Below are positions 58,610-64,000 of a DNA stretch of 64,000 nt, in pieces. Source of the DNA: Promethearchaeota archaeon. GTDB taxonomy: Archaea > Asgardarchaeota > Lokiarchaeia > Sigyniarchaeales > SOKP01. The notes under the pieces are model-generated. The model saw only the letters and a program-made list of their open reading frames with translations, was not told the DNA's origin and ran no database searches. How positions within the stretch are numbered: position 1 is the first letter of the stretch; every line of letters starts with the position of its first letter. The stretch is taken from positions 1 through 64,000 of the forward strand of contig JAUVNS010000011.1 in assembly GCA_030599585.1 (NCBI GenBank), read 5' to 3'. The position numbers were made by a program, and so were the translations under genes.

Positions 58610-58881
58610 CATTATAACTCCTTAATAACTATTACAGATAAATCAGAGTTTAAACAGCTTCCGTGGTTCTAACCTCCGTTTTATTAGAGAATTAGAAAAT
58701 AGTAATAGCTCGTAAAAGTGTAAATCAAACTTTTATATAAAATGTTGAATTTTAATCTTTAAATTTACATTCCTAGGTTTAATTATATATAATTTCAAAC
58801 CAAATTGTCTGAATCTGAAATCGTCGAATATCTTACATTCCTTAAAATCCTTAAATAATAGTTATTAGAATACTGATCATT

Positions 58882-59979
58882 ATGGAGAGACTAAAAAGTA
58901 TTGATATATTTCGCGGATTATGTATGAGCTGGATGTTTCTCGGTCATTTAATAGAATGGTGGATTAATCCAAATTATCTTTGGTTAAGAACAATTACTTT
59001 TTATATCTTTGATCCCATTGGAGCCGGCGGATTCTTATTCATTTCGGGTGTTAGTATTACCTTATCTTACCGTAAGCGATTATCTAAGGTTGAGGAATTT
59101 AAAAACATAAGCTATTCAAGAATAAAGATGTCTTATTTTTTACGAGCGTTTTTTTTGCTGATAATAGCAATGATCTATAATACTGCAATAGCTCTTACAA
59201 TGGGTTGGTTATCATGGATTTGGACATGGTTTGTTCTTATGACTGCTGCTTTTTCACTGTTTATAATGTGGCCATTGTTTAAACTTTCAAAAATAACAAG
59301 AGTTTTAATTGGCGTTATAATTTGGTTTATCAGTCAATATCTTTATGCACTACTCTCTCCATATCAAGATCAACTAAACCTTCAAGGCATATTTTATCAC
59401 ATTTTTTACAACGATTATGGTCAAGATCCTTTATTAATTTTTTTTTCATTCTTTCTTTTTGGAACTGTAATTGGCGATATGATGAATGATATAAATAACA
59501 ACAACAATCCTGAACTTAGGAGAAAACAATTAAAAAAGAAAATGTTGGTTCAAATATGTCTTGTTAGTCTAGGATTAATTACATTTGGTGTATTGTTTAA
59601 CTTTCCATCATTTTTAAGCAGGAACAGTCTTTCTTGGCTATTTTACGCAATAGGTTTCGATTTATTAGTGTTATTGATCTTAATAGTTCTTGAGGAATAT
59701 GGTATATTTAACACAAAGAAAAGTTACCGCGTATTTTTCTATTTCTCGTATTATTCATTTACAGTCTATTTAGGGCATAATTTCTTATATTTCATATTTT
59801 ATGAAATACTAGACTTGGTAACTATTTGGATTGCGGTAATATTAACATTTCTAGTTTTTAGTTTGATTCTTAGACAAGTATATAAAATGTGGGGTTGGAA
59901 AGCGTCGTTAAAGACAATATTAGGGAAATTAAGTTTCGAACTAGCATATAGAATTGAAGAAAAGAAAAGAAGGGATTAA
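58882..59979 (+). CDS. DUF1624/HGSNAT-like membrane acyltransferase (tandem paralog)
   Basis: RLKSIDIFRG..MFLGH..FLFISGVS; same length (365 aa) as the upstream paralog. Confidence 0.8.
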   Translation: MERLKSIDIFRGLCMSWMFLGHLIEWWINPNYLWLRTITFYIFDPIGAGGFLFISGVSITLSYRKRLSKVEEFKNISYSRIKMSYFLRAFFLLIIAMIYNTAIALTMGWLSWIWTWFVLMTAAFSLFIMWPLFKLSKITRVLIGVIIWFISQYLYALLSPYQDQLNLQGIFYHIFYNDYGQDPLLIFFSFFLFGTVIGDMMNDINNNNNPELRRKQLKKKMLVQICLVSLGLITFGVLFNFPSFLSRNSLSWLFYAIGFDLLVLLILIVLEEYGIFNTKKSYRVFFYFSYYSFTVYLGHNFLYFIFYEILDLVTIWIAVILTFLVFSLILRQVYKMWGWKASLKTILGKLSFELAYRIEEKKRRD

Positions 59980-59998
59980 ATTTGGGATTTTATTTTAT

Positions 59999-60508
59999 TC
60001 ATATGTATGTAAGGCTACATCTTAACTCCAACGGTATGCTTCCAGTTTTTTTAACAGGATTTTTAAATGATATATAGTTCTTAAATAGATAGTTTACGGT
60101 TTTTATATATTTGCCTTCTTTTCCAACAGCAACGGCTCTATCTTTATTACTTAATAATAATATATCTATGACATTTCTTTTTTGATTTTCGTTCTTTCGT
60201 AAATTGTGAATATAGATATCGTCAAAAAAGCTGAAAATTAATTTAATTAATATAGTTTCAGCTCTAATGACTAAAATTTTTCTATTTTTGAGAATATGTC
60301 GTAATTTCTTTATATGAGATTTAGCTGTGAAGTAGTCTTCAGGTTTCACAAAAAAGAAAACAAATTTATCTGTGTGTATAACACTAACGGGAAAGATGTT
60401 TGTCTTCTCAAAGAATAGTTGCGTTAATTTTAATTCTGTATTGAAGAACTTCTTTCTAATATTTATAACTTGACTGAAAAAAAAGTTTTCAGCTAAGGAA
60501 GAATACAT
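59999..60508 (-). CDS. NusA-like KH-domain protein (archaeal NusA paralog)
   Basis: FFEKTNIFPVSV..DRAVAVGKEGKYIK (KH GxxG). Confidence 0.65.
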   Translation of the reverse strand: MYSSLAENFFFSQVINIRKKFFNTELKLTQLFFEKTNIFPVSVIHTDKFVFFFVKPEDYFTAKSHIKKLRHILKNRKILVIRAETILIKLIFSFFDDIYIHNLRKNENQKRNVIDILLLSNKDRAVAVGKEGKYIKTVNYLFKNYISFKNPVKKTGSIPLELRCSLTYI

Positions 60509-60628
60509 GGATAATTAATTTCTTACTTTAAGAATTTAAATCTCATTATTTTTAAAGAATCAATATTACTAGATTTATAGGCAATCTCATTATTTAGATT
60601 AATGGTTTGATAAACTGAGATTAGAGAA

Positions 60629-61441
60629 ATGAAAGAACGCTTAGATGTCATATTAGTGGAAAGGAGATTAGTCGAAAGTAGGACAAAAGCACAGTGGTTA
60701 ATAAAGAGCGGTTTTGCTCTTGTAGATGATATAAAAATTCTAAAATCTAGCAAGAGGATTGATAATAACTCAAAAATTAAACTTACTAAAAAATATCCTT
60801 ATGTTGGAAGGGGTGGTCTAAAATTAGAAGCTGCTCTTAAAAGTTTTGTTGTTGATGTTAAGAGAAAAATTTGCGTCGATATAGGGGCATCAGTTGGAGG
60901 ATTTACAGATTGCTTGCTGCAACACGGCGCGTTAAAAGTTTATACAGTTGATACTGCAACGAATTTACTTCATCCTTCTTTGACATGTAAAGATGATAAG
61001 ATTGTAGAACTCTTTGGTGTTGATGCAAGGGAAATGACATCCTTACCAGAGGAAGTAGATATTGCTACTGTAGATGTAACCTTCTCTTCGCTTAGGTCAG
61101 TTCTTCCAAACATTAAAAATTATTTGAAGCAAGATGGACATATAATAGTTCTTGTTAAACCTCTTTTTGAAACCGATTTTCATCAAGAAAAAAAATTTAA
61201 AATAATTACCGATTTGGCAATGCTTAAGAGAATTTTAAGAGAATTCATAGAATGGAGCAAATTGAACTCACTATATCCGAACGGTTTAATCGCTTCTCCT
61301 TTGCTAGGGAAAGGAGGATCGATTGAATTTTTGGCACATATTCAGATTGATAAGGAAATTGTTTTTAAAGCCGATATTAATATTAATGAAGTCTTAAAGG
61401 ATGTTAAGGAATTAAATTCTAATCCTTTGGATAGGTTTTAA
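60629..61441 (+). CDS. tlyA: TlyA family rRNA 2'-O-methyltransferase (S4 + FtsJ)
   Basis: ERLDVILVER..SRTKA; YVGRGGLKL; DIGASVGGFTDCLLQHGA; LVKPLFE. Confidence 0.9.
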   Translation: MKERLDVILVERRLVESRTKAQWLIKSGFALVDDIKILKSSKRIDNNSKIKLTKKYPYVGRGGLKLEAALKSFVVDVKRKICVDIGASVGGFTDCLLQHGALKVYTVDTATNLLHPSLTCKDDKIVELFGVDAREMTSLPEEVDIATVDVTFSSLRSVLPNIKNYLKQDGHIIVLVKPLFETDFHQEKKFKIITDLAMLKRILREFIEWSKLNSLYPNGLIASPLLGKGGSIEFLAHIQIDKEIVFKADININEVLKDVKELNSNPLDRF

Positions 61442-62588
61442 AAAGGTTTCCCCACGATGTGTCAAAGAATTTTTTAATTCTTTTCTTTCCGATCGTTGGA
61501 TACCATAGCATATCATGAAATACTAAAGATCCTAAAATTGGTAATGTAAAAAAGATTTTATTATGTAGTAAAGGATTTAAAAATTTTAAGGATCCTTTTC
61601 TAACCATCTGATCTCCCCATATTATTATACTTCGCTTAACTTTGAAATTCCAATTTATTCCCGATACATCCTCTCCAATAATCTCAATATCCTCGAAATC
61701 ACCACATCCCAATCCTTCTTCGTGAGCTAATTTAATAGCGGGGAGCTTTAATGGCTCGAATCCTAACATTTTTGCTACTACAGTATCAACAGCAACTTGG
61801 TCATATCCGGCGAGGAGATAATTTTTAATCCGAGGAATCATTGTTCTTGGTCCAGCGCCATCTCCACAAACTGTTCCATCTACTATAGCCATTATGTTTG
61901 GGTGAATTTGTTTTTGAATGATTAATAAATCTACTAGAACTTCAGACATAAATTGATGGCTAAAATGCCTTCTTTTGGTCAACAAACCCCCAAAAGCATT
62001 TTTCATAGCGCATGTTATCCCTCCATTCTTTGATTCTTCCTTGGTCTGTTTTAAGGAACCTCCAATCGCTCCAGTATGACCGTGAGTTTTCATTGTGGGC
62101 AAATGAATTATTGACTTTCCTATGTAAAATTCTGGAATCTTAAATCCTCCTGGAAATATTTTCGAATCTAAAACGTGCAATTTCTTGTTTTTTAAGGCAA
62201 TAAAACGGTGTTTTTGGGACTCATACGGTACAAAAGGAATTCTAGTTAAAGGTACAAATCTTACTCCATATTTATTTATAATAGGACCCCACTTATTTCC
62301 TTTTAATCCTTTTTCTATATTGGTCACAACTGTCCGATTCTCAGCGGTAAAGAGGTTTTTTGGCTCGTAACCATCGTCCAACATGGTTTTAATGACACCT
62401 TCTACTTGCCAAGGAGGGCTAGAACATGATGGAAAAAATTTTGACCAGCTTAAATTTAATTTAAGTATGTTTTTAGATTTTTTATCGTAATACTTACTAT
62501 ATTCTGCTAAATGCATTAATTTCTTATAATCCTCAAGAATTGTTTTAGGAGAAGTTTTTACTACGAAAATCTGAGATGTATTAGACAT
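61419..62588 (-). CDS. DUF362 domain protein
   Basis: LKLNLSW, LPTMKTHGH, AMKNAFG, DGTVCGDGAGP, DQVAVD. Confidence 0.85.
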   Translation of the reverse strand: MSNTSQIFVVKTSPKTILEDYKKLMHLAEYSKYYDKKSKNILKLNLSWSKFFPSCSSPPWQVEGVIKTMLDDGYEPKNLFTAENRTVVTNIEKGLKGNKWGPIINKYGVRFVPLTRIPFVPYESQKHRFIALKNKKLHVLDSKIFPGGFKIPEFYIGKSIIHLPTMKTHGHTGAIGGSLKQTKEESKNGGITCAMKNAFGGLLTKRRHFSHQFMSEVLVDLLIIQKQIHPNIMAIVDGTVCGDGAGPRTMIPRIKNYLLAGYDQVAVDTVVAKMLGFEPLKLPAIKLAHEEGLGCGDFEDIEIIGEDVSGINWNFKVKRSIIIWGDQMVRKGSLKFLNPLLHNKIFFTLPILGSLVFHDMLWYPTIGKKRIKKFFDTSWGNLFKTYPKD

Positions 62589-62728
62589 GATTAGTTACTA
62601 AAAGAATGGACATTTTATTTTTTTTACGCAATTTGTGAAGTTAGAAATGAAATAATCAAGTATCGGTAAAAATGAAAATAAACAAAATAAAAAATAATAC
62701 GGTGCTTTTTACTACTAAAAAAGTCTAA

Positions 62729-63838
62729 TTAGTCAGAAATATATTCCATTCCTTTAAACGACTTTGCTTTTTCACTTAAGGGAGCACACATCATGTAATG
62801 TTCACCCTCTAGATCGACCCTTACGGGTTTGTTTGCATCGCATCCTACATGATTTCCTTTCTCGTAACATCTTGGGTGAAAAGAACATCCACTTGGAGGA
62901 TTTACTGGGCTAGGAACATCGCCTTCTAAAATAACTCTTTTTGATATTGAGCCCGGATCGAAGGTTGGTCTTGCGGAGAGTAAAGCTTTAGTATATGGAT
63001 GAGTTGGGTTGTAAAATACTTCATCTATAGTTCCTCCTTCGACGAACTTACCTAAATACATTACTTGAATTCGATCAGCGATGTGTTGAATAACACTTAA
63101 ATCGTGGGTAATGAATAAGTATGACAAACTAAATCTTCTTTGAAGTTCTTTTAATAAATTTAAAATCTGTGCTTGAACTGATACATCTAACGCTGATGTA
63201 GGTTCATCCAGAATAATTAATTCAGGATTACAGGCTAAAGCTCTGGCAATCACTATCCTTTGTTTTTGTCCGCCTGAAAATTCATGAGCGTATCTATCTA
63301 AGTGTTCTGCTTTCATTGAAACGGTTTCTAACAGTTCAAGAACTCTCCTTCTAATTTCTCTCTTCTTTTTTACACCTAATAATATTTTAAGAGGTTCACC
63401 AATAATGTTAACAATCTTCCAACGAGGATTTAAAGAAGAATCGGGATCTTGAAATACCATTTGAATCTTTTTACGAATTTTACTATTGAATGGAACATCG
63501 TTCGCAGTCTCACTTGATTCTTTCCTCTGGAATTTAGCTATTAACCCTTTAGATTTTGTTAATCTTTGGTTTTTAAAAAATATTTCTCCTGACTCAGGTT
63601 CAACCAAATTCAAAAGCGTATTTCCAATTGTGGTTTTACCGCATCCACTCTCTCCTACTAATCCAATAGTTTCATTCTTATGAATATCAAAACTGACTCC
63701 ATCGACAGCTTTAACTACACCTATTTTTCTCTTAAACATTCCTCCTAATATTGGAAAGTAAGTTTTTAGGTTCCTTACTGAGAGAAGGATTTCTTCGTCT
63801 ACACGTCTTGCATCCATTTTTTCTTCAATTTCTGTCAT
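62729..63838 (-). CDS. oppF: Oligopeptide/dipeptide ABC transporter ATP-binding protein (OppF/DppF)
   Basis: GESGCGKT, FSGGQKQR, LDEPTSALDVSVQAQ, HPYT, PSGCSFHPRC. Confidence 0.93.
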   Translation of the reverse strand: MTEIEEKMDARRVDEEILLSVRNLKTYFPILGGMFKRKIGVVKAVDGVSFDIHKNETIGLVGESGCGKTTIGNTLLNLVEPESGEIFFKNQRLTKSKGLIAKFQRKESSETANDVPFNSKIRKKIQMVFQDPDSSLNPRWKIVNIIGEPLKILLGVKKKREIRRRVLELLETVSMKAEHLDRYAHEFSGGQKQRIVIARALACNPELIILDEPTSALDVSVQAQILNLLKELQRRFSLSYLFITHDLSVIQHIADRIQVMYLGKFVEGGTIDEVFYNPTHPYTKALLSARPTFDPGSISKRVILEGDVPSPVNPPSGCSFHPRCYEKGNHVGCDANKPVRVDLEGEHYMMCAPLSEKAKSFKGMEYISD

Positions 63839-63875
63839 TTTTAATACCTTTATCTGATTTATATTATTCTGTTAA

Positions 63876-64000
63876 TTAAAGTTGAAACGAGGCATTACCC
63901 TCTTTCTCAGACTGTACATATTTGGGGGAATTTTTATATTCGTCATTGAATAAATGGCACGCGACAAAATACTTTTCTCCTATTTCATTGAGTTTTGGTT
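63876..64000 (-). CDS. C-terminus of an oligopeptide ABC ATPase (OppD/DppD), partial
   Basis: Frame reads PKLNEIGEKYFVACHLF..FQL*, directly upstream of oppF. Confidence 0.75.
   Translation of the reverse strand, partial: PKLNEIGEKYFVACHLFNDEYKNSPKYVQSEKEGNASFQL

Noticed and set aside
58610-58881. Possible ncRNA between the acyltransferase paralogs
   Set aside because: No convincing stem structure or recognisable family motif by eye.

Overview
AT-rich archaeal DNA, most likely an Asgard archaeon (Lokiarchaeia-like). This is inferred from the archaeal r-protein cluster with eS4 and Rpp29, plus OSTC/Ost3-6-like, double-roadblock and C34/TFEbeta-like genes. The window has two parts. (1) About 1-35 kb is an accessory defence/mobile island whose left edge lies outside the window; no integrase, att site or tRNA was seen. 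It carries a DUF559 nuclease, GmrSD, a DEDD exonuclease, a three-gene deacetylase / SLOG-kinase-methyltransferase / double glycosyltransferase operon, a HEPN RNase, a decayed Cas4-like nuclease, an array of ribbon-helix-helix genes and two double-roadblock paralogs. It also carries a six-gene operon (AAA ATPase, Smc5/6-like SMC, triple wHTH, Nse4/ScpA-like kleisin, MAGE/Nse3-like KITE, helical protein) transcribed divergently, across four 12-bp repeats, from an operon ending in a SAMHD1-like HD dNTPase. The island ends with an HTH-repeat protein that has a putative C-terminal nuclease. (2) About 35-64 kb is core genome: the S19-to-S4e ribosomal cluster, metabolism, RNA modification, RadA/RadB paralogs and Opp ABC ATPases. 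Two observations stand out. One is the Smc5/6-kleisin-KITE + AAA + SAMHD1-like locus, a candidate undescribed anti-MGE system. The other is a 30-nt stop-containing insertion in the essential rps3 gene that folds into a bulge-helix-bulge motif; canonical cleavage of that motif would exactly restore the reading frame, making it a candidate mRNA intron spliced by the tRNA endonuclease. All family calls come from motif recognition by eye; no searches were run.
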